NCBI GenBank assembly: GCA_041946855.1
Contig: JBHGBE010000003.1
Coordinates: 47,662-111,661, forward strand
Origin: Phycisphaerae bacterium
GTDB lineage: Bacteria > Planctomycetota > Phycisphaerae > SM23-33
Direction: 5' to 3'
DNA: 64,000 bases
Position numbers and translations under genes: made by a program
The notes under the pieces: model-generated
Database searches by the model: none
What the model saw: the letters and a program-made list of their open reading frames with translations, nothing else
What the model was told of the DNA's origin: nothing
Part shown: piece by piece, positions 50,448 to 59,831 of the stretch
Layout of the letters: every line of letters begins with the position of its first letter
Numbering within the stretch: position 1 is the stretch's first letter

Positions 50448-50565
50448 AGAAGCGTGGGGAGTAGAGAGTGGGGAGCGGGGTGTGGCCAGCGGTAGCGTTA
50501 GGGCGTGCTACCTAGGTCCGAAGGACCGGGTTGCACGGGGGGAATTTCGCGTGCAGAACCTACAA

Positions 50566-51612
50566 CTACAGGCCGTATCGCTCGGCGAGGTAGGCCAGCC
50601 AATTCCGATCTGCTCGCTGACTCGCCTTGATGCGTTCCATTATCGTCTCAACGTTGATGTGCTTCATGGGCGAAACGCCTCGCAGAGACGCGTTCCAGGC
50701 ATCCTCCACGGTGGGACCAAGGCAGCGATGGGCGGCAGGGAGTTCGTGAAGCGATTCATTCCCCGCAAACCCGACCGAGGCAACATAGACTTCATCCGCG
50801 CCTTCATGTTCTCGGCAGTAAGCAGCCAAGACGTACTGGCGCATCAACTGGTAGAAAGGCCCGATGAACGGGCAGCCCTTCAGGCCCCGGAACGCCGAAA
50901 GGTCTATGTGCGCATCCTTGAGATGCTCCCAATAGCGTCGCGTGTTCCTGCCGTGAACAAGATAGCAGACTGACGCTGGATCACCCGACGCGTCTAGGTT
51001 CTCGCAAAGATGCTTCTCCATGTTGCCGTCGGAGGAATACCCGCCGCACGTGCCGTAATTGCGTTCCGTGTATTTCCATTCGATGAACGTCAGAAGTCGC
51101 TGACTGCCGTTAGTCCACCAGACGGCGGCGTCTATGCTCGTGCGGTTCTGGCCGCGTTGGCCGCCAGTTGGTTCACCAAGCCATTGCGTGGCCCCGTCGC
51201 CGTCAGGCCCGGTGTACTCGAACTCGATCCGGGATACCTCTCTTACCCCTGGAAGTGCTGGCTCCAAGGCGGTTCCGGCAAGCTCCAGGTCCAGGTGGAG
51301 CGGGAACAACACATTGAAGCAACATGCCTGCGAACTTCTGAGGTTGGAGAACTCGGAGTGTACTGCGATATTGCTGGTACGGCAGTACTCCATTGCCTTG
51401 TCGGCTATGCCTGAGTATAGAGCGTTGTCAATATCGGGCAGGATGTGCGGATAAGTGTCGTTCTTCCTCTTGGCCCAAGCGCCATCGGGTAGGTCGGGCC
51501 AGTGTTTGCGCTTGAACCTTATCTGCCTGCGCGTTTCTTGTTGCTCAAAACCGTTCAGTCGCCCAAACCAATCGCTGGGGCCATCTTCGCCCGGCAGAAC
51601 GTGCTTTGTCAT
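50566..51612 (-). CDS. Hypothetical protein with a possible PD-(D/E)xK-like motif
   Basis: The ORF is 348 aa. TSIDAAVWW...TFIEWKYTE resembles D...ExK. GC is lower (about 57%) than the surroundings. There is no confident family match. Confidence 0.3.
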   Translation of the reverse strand: MTKHVLPGEDGPSDWFGRLNGFEQQETRRQIRFKRKHWPDLPDGAWAKRKNDTYPHILPDIDNALYSGIADKAMEYCRTSNIAVHSEFSNLRSSQACCFNVLFPLHLDLELAGTALEPALPGVREVSRIEFEYTGPDGDGATQWLGEPTGGQRGQNRTSIDAAVWWTNGSQRLLTFIEWKYTERNYGTCGGYSSDGNMEKHLCENLDASGDPASVCYLVHGRNTRRYWEHLKDAHIDLSAFRGLKGCPFIGPFYQLMRQYVLAAYCREHEGADEVYVASVGFAGNESLHELPAAHRCLGPTVEDAWNASLRGVSPMKHINVETIMERIKASQRADRNWLAYLAERYGL

Positions 51613-51639
51613 GTATGTGTGCTCCTATCCTGTCCTTAT

Positions 51640-53088
51640 TCATCTGGAAGTCTGCTCTGTTGTCACGATCATCGCAACAGCACACGCCGCGAGGACTATC
51701 AACGGCACTTCCGTCATGGGGAATCGGAATCGCTGGTGGAATACGAACGGCAGCGCGGCCGCCAGGTTGGCCGCTACGCAGAGCAGGACGGGCGCGCCGG
51801 TTGACCACGACACGCCCCGGCGGATGAACCACCACGCCGCCAGCACGAACGTCAGGCCGTTGACGATCCCCAGCACGGCCGCCTGCCAGGCCGGCATGAT
51901 GAACACCGTCGGCCAGGGGCGGACGAAGTGCCACAGCCGGTACGCCCATATCGCGGCCGCGTCGCTCGGATGCTCGCGGAGCCAGTCCATCGCCAGCGCG
52001 GTCCATTCACGGCCGGTCTGCCGGGGATCGAACAGGCCGTCGCGCTGCATCTTGGCGACGTGCTGGGCCGAGTCCTCGTCGTAGAGTGCCTTCTGCTCGC
52101 GGTCGAACGTCGCCTTGTCGGCCGCGCGGTAGGAGGCAAGGATGCGGGCGTTATTGCCCAGCCAGAAGTTGTACGGGCCGAAGGCCGTCGTCGGAGTCCA
52201 GCCCGCGCCGGTGATGCCCTGGCGGATGGTCCATGGCGCAAGCACCACCGCCATCGTCAGCACGGCCGGCAGGATCGCGGCCCGCGCCCAGCGCCTCTTC
52301 CCGACCGCCAGCACGGCCAACGCCGCGACGATCAGCGCGCAGAAGGCCAGGCCGTTGGGCCTTGCCAAGCAGCACAAGGCCATCGCAGCGCCGCAAAGTG
52401 CTCCCATTCGCCCCGGCCGTGCCAGGCCGTGTTCTTGTGGCGTGGGCCTCTGGCCCGCGTGTCTCGCGGCCGTCTCGGCCGCGACCGCAGGCGAGACGCC
52501 TGCGGGACGCACGGGCGGGACGCCCATGCCACGTTCATCCAGCCGGCCCGGCCGTGCGACGGCGGGCAGCCTCACCAGCAGCCACAGGGCCGCAAGGATG
52601 CACAGCGCAAAGAGCGTCTCGCTGCTCCACATCCGGCTGTAGTGGATGACGGCCGGATGGAAGCCAAGCGCCAGCGCCGCCAGCGGCCTGGCCCACCGCA
52701 CTCCGGGCGCGACGGCCCCCGCAAGCCCAATCCCCGCCAGCACCAGGGCCATAGCCATGACCCACGCCGCCACCTTCGCGCAGATCAGCCACGCCCGCGG
52801 CGCGGACTGGCCGCCCACCCACCAGAGCGGCGCGCCGATCAGGGGCAGCAGCGGCGGACGGTACACATCGGCGTGGAAGGCAGGGGGATTCGGCGGCGCC
52901 GGCTCGTACCAGCGGTAGAAGCTCACCGCGAACCCGCGCCCCGCGGCCAGATTGCGGGAGATGTCGCGGTATTCCGTGCCGTCATCGTGCAGGAAGGCAT
53001 CTTCACTTGTCACGGCCAGCGCGGCGACGCGGACCGCGCCGGCCAGCACGATCGCCAGGACCGTGACGATCGCGCGAAGGTCCGCCAT
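51640..53088 (-). CDS. ArnT/PMT-family (GT39/GT83-like) membrane glycosyltransferase
   Basis: N-terminal TM helices with HDDGTEY...RPPLLPL are followed by many TM segments. The triple-hairpin repeat lies in frame at 52490-52533. Confidence 0.6.
   Translation of the reverse strand: MADLRAIVTVLAIVLAGAVRVAALAVTSEDAFLHDDGTEYRDISRNLAAGRGFAVSFYRWYEPAPPNPPAFHADVYRPPLLPLIGAPLWWVGGQSAPRAWLICAKVAAWVMAMALVLAGIGLAGAVAPGVRWARPLAALALGFHPAVIHYSRMWSSETLFALCILAALWLLVRLPAVARPGRLDERGMGVPPVRPAGVSPAVAAETAARHAGQRPTPQEHGLARPGRMGALCGAAMALCCLARPNGLAFCALIVAALAVLAVGKRRWARAAILPAVLTMAVVLAPWTIRQGITGAGWTPTTAFGPYNFWLGNNARILASYRAADKATFDREQKALYDEDSAQHVAKMQRDGLFDPRQTGREWTALAMDWLREHPSDAAAIWAYRLWHFVRPWPTVFIMPAWQAAVLGIVNGLTFVLAAWWFIRRGVSWSTGAPVLLCVAANLAAALPFVFHQRFRFPMTEVPLIVLAACAVAMIVTTEQTSR
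52490..52533. repeat. GC-rich hairpin element (ggcgagacgcctgcgggacgcacgggcgggacgcccatgccacg), intragenic and in frame
   Basis: About 31 nt are nearly identical to the reverse complement of 62193-62240 and related to 17347-17414. Confidence 0.7.
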
Positions 53089-53937
53089 GCCGCGAGATGA
53101 GGGCGAGCGATGCACGAGGCGAGTATATCGCCGCCGCTCGGGCGGCTTCAACTTCCGCGGCGATGAAGCGCAAGTGCTTCGCGCGCATCCGCGTCAAGCC
53201 GAAGCATAAAGCGCCGGCCGGATTTTCCCCGGCGCAACGTTCAGCGCCGCCGTGCGTTGGGCAGGCGCGGGCGCGAAGCCTCAAGTTTTCCCGCCCGCGC
53301 GCCGATAAATGCGGTGGTATAATGGCGGTGGAAAAGTGAATAAGAGTTGATCACACGCCTCTGCCGTGCCCGGCGGGCGCGTCATGTGAAAAGAACCGAT
53401 AAACCCATTAAGGGAAGCCTGGTCCGAATCGCTCCGGCGGTTGGCAGCTACCCACTTGAACTAATGGGTTCTTTCTCCTGACCGCCACCGGCATTCGCGG
53501 AGGCTTCTTTTTGCGCACACGGCTGAAGGGCTTCGACAGCGGAGGTACCTGAGGAACGGAGGGAGACTACCTGCGTGTCGCGGTAGTCCGAGGTCCTGGC
53601 TGCCGAACGAGGCCGCCAAATGCGGCAGGGCCATTATACTTGCCTCAGTTCCTCCGGTTCCTCCGTTGTGAGAAGAAACCGATTACAGTCCCAAAGCCCC
53701 GGCACCTGGGACAGTCCCCGCGCCGGCTTTTCGCTTGAAAAATCCCGCGCCTCGCCGCCATAATGCTTCGTCTGGCTGGGCCTTGACCCGCCTTGGCGGG
53801 TCGTGTTGCGCACAGGCCCCAGACGTGCGAGCTATCATGGAGGATGGATTTCGGCCGGACTGCCCACGGATGGACGGCAGGTGGATGCTTCCTCGCTTCT
53901 GTGCTTTTTGCCTCGGCCGTGATGCGGAGCAACGGAC

Positions 53938-56900
53938 ATGCGTTGTTACGTCGGGATTGACATAGGCGCGGTCAGCGCCACGGCGGCCCTGCTGGTGGAG
54001 GGCGACGGCGAGGGCCTGCTGGCGCGGTTCGGCGGCCAGTTCGCGGAGGCGGATGCGGCCGTGCCGGGTCGCCGCCTGTACCTCAGCCAATATCGCCGCA
54101 CCAAGGGTAAGCCCCTGGCGGCCGCCACGGAACTCCTCGAGCAGATCATCGCCGCGCTGGGCGCTGACGCCGTAGCGGGTATCTGCATGACCGGCAGCGG
54201 CTCGAAGCTGGCGGCCGACAAACTCGGCTCGGCCGTCGTCAACGAATTCAAGGCCATCGCGGCGGGCCTGTCGGCGGTGGGGTGCAATCCACGGACGGTC
54301 TTCCAGATGGGCGGGGAAAGCTCCAAGTACCTGCGCCTCTCGCGCGGCGGACCCGGCTCGCCGGAGGTCGGCATCGTCGATTACTCCACCAACGGGGATT
54401 GCGCCGCCGGGACAGGCTCGTTTCTCGACCAGCAGGCCGGGCGGCTGAAGTTCGCCGTCGAGGACATCGGGCGGATCGTGCTGGCTGCCGACCGTGCGGC
54501 CCAGGTCGCCGGGCGGTGCAGCGTGTTCGCCAAGAGCGACATGATCCACGCCCAGCAGAAGGGCTACACGCCGGCCGAGGTGCTCCGCGGCCTGTGCAAC
54601 GCGGTGGCGCGGAACTTCAAGACCGCCGTCGTGCGTTCGCACCCGGTCGAGGCGCCGGTGGCGTTCATCGGCGGCGTGGCGGCCAACGCCGCGGTCGTCC
54701 GCGCCATGAAGGAGATGTTCGACCTGGGCGATTCCGATTTCATCGTGCCCGCGGCGTTCGCGCACACGGGCGCGATAGGGGCGGCCGTGGCGGCCTCAAA
54801 GGCGCAGGCGCCGGTCGGCCTGTCGCGCATGGGCGAGCTTCGGGCCGCAAGCGACACCGCGCACGGCGCATTCCCCCGCCAGGCGCCGCTGGTGATGGAC
54901 AACGTGCTGCTCCTGCGCGACCGCGTCGACGCCTACGAGGCGCCCTACGGCGACCAGAAGATCGACGCCTGCCTGGGCCTCGATGTCGGCAGCGTCTCAA
55001 CGAACGTCGTGGCCGTCGACGAGGACGGCCGGGTCATCAAAGAGATCTACGTCCGCACGCAGGGCCGGCCCATCGAGGTAGTGGCCGATGCGCTGGAGGA
55101 GGTCCGGCGCGAGTGGGGCGAGCGGCTCAACATCCGCGGCGTGGGCACCACCGGCAGCGGGCGCGAGCTGATCGGCGAGCTCGTCGGCGCGGACACGGTC
55201 AACGACGAGATCACCGCCCACAAGACCGGCGCCATGTCGGTCGGGCAGAAGATGCTCGGCGGCCGCGTGCCCGACACGATCTTCGAGATCGGCGGGCAGG
55301 ACGCGAAGTTCATCTCGCTCCAGGACGGCATCGTCGTGGACTTCACGATGAACGAGGCGTGCGCGGCCGGCACGGGCAGCTTCCTGGAGGAGCGGGCCGA
55401 GGAGCTGGACATCTCCATCATCGGCCAGTTCGCGGAGATGGCGCTTTCCAGCCCCGCGCCCATCCGCCTGGGCGAGCGATGCACCGTGTTCATGGAGCGG
55501 GACGTCAACAGCTACCTCCGGCGCGGCGCGAACAAGGCGGACCTGGTGGCGGGCCTGGCGTACTCGGTGGTCTACAACTACATCAACCGCGTGGTGCGGG
55601 GGCGGAAGATCGGCGACTGCATCTTCTTCCAGGGCGGCACGGCGTACAACGACGCCGTGGCGGCCGCGTTCTCGGCCGTCACGGGCAAGCAGATCATCGT
55701 TCCACCGTACAACGGCGTCATCGGCGCAATCGGCGCGGCGCTCCTGGCGTGGGACAAGATGAACGGCAATTGCCGATTGCCGATTGCCGATTCTCGATTG
55801 GCCGGCGGAGGCAACGGTGACAAGGCCGCCAAGACTTTGAAAGATGTTCCGCCAGACGGTGGCAGGAACCTGGGCGTCTACGTCTCCGAACTGGCGAAGG
55901 CGGCTGGAGCGACGAGCAATCGTCAATCGCCAATCGTCAATCGCCAATCTCGTTTCCGCGGCTACGACATGTCCAAGGTCGATTACAAGCTGCGGGAGTT
56001 CATCTGCAAGGGCTGCTCCAACGCCTGCCAGATACAGGAATTCGACGTCGAGGGCGAGAAGACCTACTGGGGCGACAAGTGCTCCGACCGCTACCGTAAG
56101 CGGGCCAAGGCCGCGACCAAGCCGGTCATCGAGGACCTGCTGGCCCTGCGGATGAAGCTGCTGCTCGATGAGTCGGCCCTGCCGCCCGCGCCAGCGGCCG
56201 CGCCCGCGGTCGGCATCCCCATGACGATGTTCGCGTGGGAGACGCTGCCGTTCTGGCGGACGTTCCTGGCGCACTGCGGCTATCGCACCGTCCTGTCGGA
56301 CCAGACCAACAAGAAGATCACGCAGGCCGGCCTTGAGAGCGTGGTGGCCGAGCCGTGTTTTCCCATCATCGTCGCCCACGGGCATGTCCTGGACCTGGCC
56401 GGCAAGGCCGTGGACTTCATCCTGCTGCCCAACACGCTGTCGATGGAGACACGCTGGCTGTACACCGAGTCGCACCTGTGCCCCTGGCACCAGACGATGC
56501 CCTTTGTCATCCGCCAGGCGCCGGCCATCCAGGGGCACAGCGCGAAGTTCCTCGCGCCCACTGTGCGCTTCCGCGAGGGCCGCGGGAACGTGCTGAAGGA
56601 GCTTGGCGAGTACTTCGCGCCGCGGGGCATCTCCTACGCCGCGCTGGAGCGCGCGGTGACGGCCGGGTTCGAGGCGCAGGACAAGTTCCGCGAGGCGGTG
56701 CTGGCCGCCGGACGGCAGGCACTCGAGGCGCTCGACCGCGCCGGAGCGCCGGGGATCGTCCTTGCGGGCCGGCCGTACAACGTGCATGACGCCGGGGTCA
56801 ACCTCTCGGTGGGGCGCAAGCTGCGGGATACGTACGGCGTCAACTGCGTGCCGATGGACTTCCTCGACACGGCCGGCATCGACGTCCGCGACATCAACGA

Positions 56901-57180
56901 CAGCATGTACTGGGAGCTCGGCCGGCGAATCCTGGCCACGGCCAAGCTCGTCGGGACCAGGCCCAACCTGCACATCATCTACATCACCAACTTCAAGTGC
57001 GGGCCGGACTCGTACATCAAGCACTTCATCCGCCCCGCCAGCGGCAAGCCGTTCCTGAGCCTCCAGTTCGACGGGCACTCGAACGACGCGGGCATGATGA
57101 CCCGCTGCGAGGCATACCTGGACTCCAAGGGCATCCTCCGCCCGTGGCGGCGCGAGCCGATGGCCGCCAGCATGGCGTGA
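53938..57180 (+). CDS. CoA-substrate-specific enzyme activase fusion (two BadF/BadG/BcrA/BcrD-type ATPase domains plus a C-terminal 2-hydroxyacyl-CoA dehydratase D-component-like domain)
   Basis: GIDIGAVSATA and LGLDVGSVSTNVV start two acetate/sugar-kinase-fold ATPase domains. The C-terminal region resembles HgdB/YjiM. An inverted 7-mer repeat at 55766-55952 forms the linker. Confidence 0.75.
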   Translation: MRCYVGIDIGAVSATAALLVEGDGEGLLARFGGQFAEADAAVPGRRLYLSQYRRTKGKPLAAATELLEQIIAALGADAVAGICMTGSGSKLAADKLGSAVVNEFKAIAAGLSAVGCNPRTVFQMGGESSKYLRLSRGGPGSPEVGIVDYSTNGDCAAGTGSFLDQQAGRLKFAVEDIGRIVLAADRAAQVAGRCSVFAKSDMIHAQQKGYTPAEVLRGLCNAVARNFKTAVVRSHPVEAPVAFIGGVAANAAVVRAMKEMFDLGDSDFIVPAAFAHTGAIGAAVAASKAQAPVGLSRMGELRAASDTAHGAFPRQAPLVMDNVLLLRDRVDAYEAPYGDQKIDACLGLDVGSVSTNVVAVDEDGRVIKEIYVRTQGRPIEVVADALEEVRREWGERLNIRGVGTTGSGRELIGELVGADTVNDEITAHKTGAMSVGQKMLGGRVPDTIFEIGGQDAKFISLQDGIVVDFTMNEACAAGTGSFLEERAEELDISIIGQFAEMALSSPAPIRLGERCTVFMERDVNSYLRRGANKADLVAGLAYSVVYNYINRVVRGRKIGDCIFFQGGTAYNDAVAAAFSAVTGKQIIVPPYNGVIGAIGAALLAWDKMNGNCRLPIADSRLAGGGNGDKAAKTLKDVPPDGGRNLGVYVSELAKAAGATSNRQSPIVNRQSRFRGYDMSKVDYKLREFICKGCSNACQIQEFDVEGEKTYWGDKCSDRYRKRAKAATKPVIEDLLALRMKLLLDESALPPAPAAAPAVGIPMTMFAWETLPFWRTFLAHCGYRTVLSDQTNKKITQAGLESVVAEPCFPIIVAHGHVLDLAGKAVDFILLPNTLSMETRWLYTESHLCPWHQTMPFVIRQAPAIQGHSAKFLAPTVRFREGRGNVLKELGEYFAPRGISYAALERAVTAGFEAQDKFREAVLAAGRQALEALDRAGAPGIVLAGRPYNVHDAGVNLSVGRKLRDTYGVNCVPMDFLDTAGIDVRDINDSMYWELGRRILATAKLVGTRPNLHIIYITNFKCGPDSYIKHFIRPASGKPFLSLQFDGHSNDAGMMTRCEAYLDSKGILRPWRREPMAASMA
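55766..55952. repeat. Inverted pair of 7-nt arrays (caattgccgattgccgattgccgattctcgattgg ... gcaatcgtcaatcgccaatcgtcaatcgccaatc) flanking a roughly 115 bp spacer, intragenic and in frame
   Basis: Direct reading shows the pair. Confidence 0.85.
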
Positions 57181-57304
57181 ACGGCAGCGGCTGTAATTCG
57201 TAATTCGTTGACTCGATACTCCGTGGCAAGTCAAGCAACTGTGGCTAGCGAACGGATCAGCGAGGTAACGGGTTTACGCCGTTCGTGATTGAAAGGGCAA
57301 CCAC

Positions 57305-58195
57305 ATGGGTCACTTCAGAACCGCGGCGTTACTGGCAACGGCCTTCTTGGCGACGCTGCCGGCCCTCGGTCAGGCCATCCGCCCCATCAACCCCGACGGC
57401 GTGGACGCACCCGCGCCCACGGCCGCCCCCAAGGCCGACCTGGCCGCCAAGTTCAAGCAGGGCGACATACTGTTCGTCGCCACCGTCGACAAGGCCCGGC
57501 AGGTGGCGATGACATCCAGCATCCCGCCGACCATCCTCATGGAGATCACGTTCAAGGACCTCCAGATGCTCCGCGGCAAGGCGCCGGGGAACCTGTCGCT
57601 CCACTACAGCGCTCGCGGTCGAACCGATCCCGCCCTGGCGGCCGGCAAGAGGGCGATCGTCGCCGCCAACGTCGCGGGCAACAACGGCGTCATCGTGGCC
57701 GTCGCGGAGGCGACGGATGAGAACCTTAAGGCCATCGGCGCCGGCGCTATGAGTCAGCCCACCAGTGGACCGGCAAGCAGACCCGCCAGCGGACCGGCCA
57801 TCGAGCCGGTAGCGGTGGACAATGCCCGCGTCGCGCAGCTCACGGCCGAGCTCAAGAAATCGCCCATCCTGTTCACCGCGAAGATCAAGGCGTCCAGACT
57901 CAGAGGCGCGGCCAAGAGCATGCCGCCGATCTACTTGATGGACGTTGAGCTGGAGGACATCAAGGCCCTCCGCGGGGCGGCGCCCAAGGCCGGCAAGTAC
58001 TTCTACGCCGTCAGGCAGGAGGCGACGCCGCAGTTCCCGGATGGGAGCACCTGGCTGGTCGGCGCGGACAACGCTGAAGGCACGGTCGTCATCAAGGCCA
58101 TGCTTGAGGCCACGGATGGGAACCTACAGAACGTAGGCGCGCCCACCGCGACGTCCAAGCCGGCCGCCACGGGCAAGGTCAACGACGGCGCCTGA
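57305..58195 (+). CDS. Secreted hypothetical protein with an internal tandem duplication
   Basis: A signal peptide is followed by two roughly 120 aa repeats (ILFVATVDKA...LMEITFKDLQMLRGKAPG and ILFTAKIKAS...LMDVELEDIKALRGAAPK). Confidence 0.35.
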   Translation: MGHFRTAALLATAFLATLPALGQAIRPINPDGVDAPAPTAAPKADLAAKFKQGDILFVATVDKARQVAMTSSIPPTILMEITFKDLQMLRGKAPGNLSLHYSARGRTDPALAAGKRAIVAANVAGNNGVIVAVAEATDENLKAIGAGAMSQPTSGPASRPASGPAIEPVAVDNARVAQLTAELKKSPILFTAKIKASRLRGAAKSMPPIYLMDVELEDIKALRGAAPKAGKYFYAVRQEATPQFPDGSTWLVGADNAEGTVVIKAMLEATDGNLQNVGAPTATSKPAATGKVNDGA

Positions 58196-58321
58196 GCCGG
58201 GGCAAGGAAGCATTTGTCATTGAGTCATTTGGAATTCCTTCGTCATTCCTAATTCCGCACTTGTAATTCCGCTAGGCGGGCCTTCTAATCAGCGGGGCAA
58301 AGCGACGCGGGAAACGGAATC

Positions 58322-59719
58322 ATGTCAATGAAGACACGCACGGAAACCGACTCGATGGGCCCAATGGAGGTCCCCGCCGATGCCCTCTACGGGGCCTCTA
58401 CCGCGCGGGCGGTGGAGAACTTCCCCATCTCCGGCTGGACCATGCCGCGCGAGTTCATCGCCGCTCTGGGGGCGATCAAACTCGCCTGCGCGGAGGTGAA
58501 CAAGAAGGCCAAGCGCCTGCCGGCGGATATCGCCGACGCGATCGTCGCCGCCGCGAAGGAAGTGATGGACGGCAAGCTCGACGAGCACTTCCCAGTCGAC
58601 GTCTTTCAGACCGGCAGCGGCACGTCGACCAACACGAACGCCAACGAGGTGATCGCCAACCGGGCGAATCAGCTTCTGGCCGAGCGAGGCAACACTCACA
58701 GGGCCCACCCGAATGATCACGTCAATATGTGCCAGTCCTCAAACGACGTGATCCCCGCGACCATTCACGTTGCGGCGTACATAGCCATTCGCGACTTCCT
58801 GAAGCCGCCGTTTGGGATCCTCGTGCAGGAGCTGGATTCCCACAGTAGGGAGTTTGATGCGGTAGTGAAAATCGGGCGCACCCATCTCATGGACGCTGTC
58901 CCGATTCGGCTTGGACAGGAATTCGCGGGTTACACAGCGCAGGCCAAATGGGTGAGCGACCGGGTGACCGACGCCATCCTGCTGCTTTGGGAACTGCCGA
59001 TCGGCGGCACCGCGGTTGGAACAGGTCTGAACGCGCCGAAGGACTTCGGCCAGGAAGTTTGCCACAGACTGACTGTGCACATCCCAGGACAGTGGCGTGA
59101 AGCGGATAACCACTTCGCGGCCCAAGCCGCAAAGGACGCCGTCGTCTACACTAGCGGCGTCCTCAGGACGGCCGCAATCGCCCTTGGCAAGATCGCCTCC
59201 GACATCCGCCTGATGGGTTCCGGGCCGCGGTGCGGCATCGGCGAGTTGATCCTGCCGGCCACCCAGCCCGGCAGCTCCATGATGCCCGGCAAGGTCAACC
59301 CGGTGATATGCGAGTCGGTCATCCAGGTCGCCTGCCAGGTCGTCGGCTGCGACGCCGCGATCACGGCCGGCGCTACCGGCGGCGTCGGCTCCATACTGGA
59401 ACTCAACGTCGCCATGCCGATGATCGCCTGGAACCTGCTCACGTCCATCCGCCTGCTGGCCAACGCCGCCCGCGTTCTGGAGGAAAAGTGCATCCGCGGC
59501 CTGAAGGCCAACGAGGCACGATGCAAGGAACTTGTAGAGCAGTCGCTTGCGATGATAACGGTGCTAGCCCCGCGGATCGGCTACGACGTGGCCGCCGCAA
59601 TCGCCAAGGAGGCCCACGCCACCGGCAAGACCATCCGCGAAATCTGCCTGGAGAAGAAGCTCCTTCCCGCCAAGGAGCTGGCCTCGCTGCTGGACCCGCG
59701 AAAACAGACCGGCAAGTGA
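58322..59719 (+). CDS. fumC: Class II fumarate hydratase
   Basis: GSSMMPGKVNP and VKIGRTHLMDAVP are present. The protein aligns with FumC over its whole length and is closer to fumarase than to aspartase. Confidence 0.8.
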   Translation: MSMKTRTETDSMGPMEVPADALYGASTARAVENFPISGWTMPREFIAALGAIKLACAEVNKKAKRLPADIADAIVAAAKEVMDGKLDEHFPVDVFQTGSGTSTNTNANEVIANRANQLLAERGNTHRAHPNDHVNMCQSSNDVIPATIHVAAYIAIRDFLKPPFGILVQELDSHSREFDAVVKIGRTHLMDAVPIRLGQEFAGYTAQAKWVSDRVTDAILLLWELPIGGTAVGTGLNAPKDFGQEVCHRLTVHIPGQWREADNHFAAQAAKDAVVYTSGVLRTAAIALGKIASDIRLMGSGPRCGIGELILPATQPGSSMMPGKVNPVICESVIQVACQVVGCDAAITAGATGGVGSILELNVAMPMIAWNLLTSIRLLANAARVLEEKCIRGLKANEARCKELVEQSLAMITVLAPRIGYDVAAAIAKEAHATGKTIREICLEKKLLPAKELASLLDPRKQTGK

Positions 59720-59728
59720 AAGGAAATG

Positions 59729-59831
59729 ACGAATATCGAACAGGGAATATCGAACATCGAACTTGACTCAGACCTGAGAAGGCATCATCACTTCGTTATT
59801 CGAGATTCCCTGTTCGATATTCGATATTTCC
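59729..59831. repeat. Inverted pair of 7-nt arrays (gaatatcgaacagggaatatcgaacatcgaac ... gttattcgagattccctgttcgatattcgatat)
   Basis: Direct reading shows the pair between the convergent fumC and ROK-kinase genes. It could act as a bidirectional terminator. Confidence 0.85.

Noticed and set aside
53395-53480. SRP-RNA-like motif (AAGGGAAGCC...UGGUCCGAA) in the long intergenic region
   Set aside because: The order of the conserved blocks is wrong for SRP domain IV. The bona fide ffs is at 822-956.
54997-57234. 745 aa minus-strand ORF, with similar long antisense ORFs at 1497-2549, 2965-4056, 20524-21705, 28091-29398 and 45136-46167
   Set aside because: All lie antisense to well-supported genes and have low-complexity Arg/Ala/Gly composition. 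They are frame artefacts of about 68% GC.
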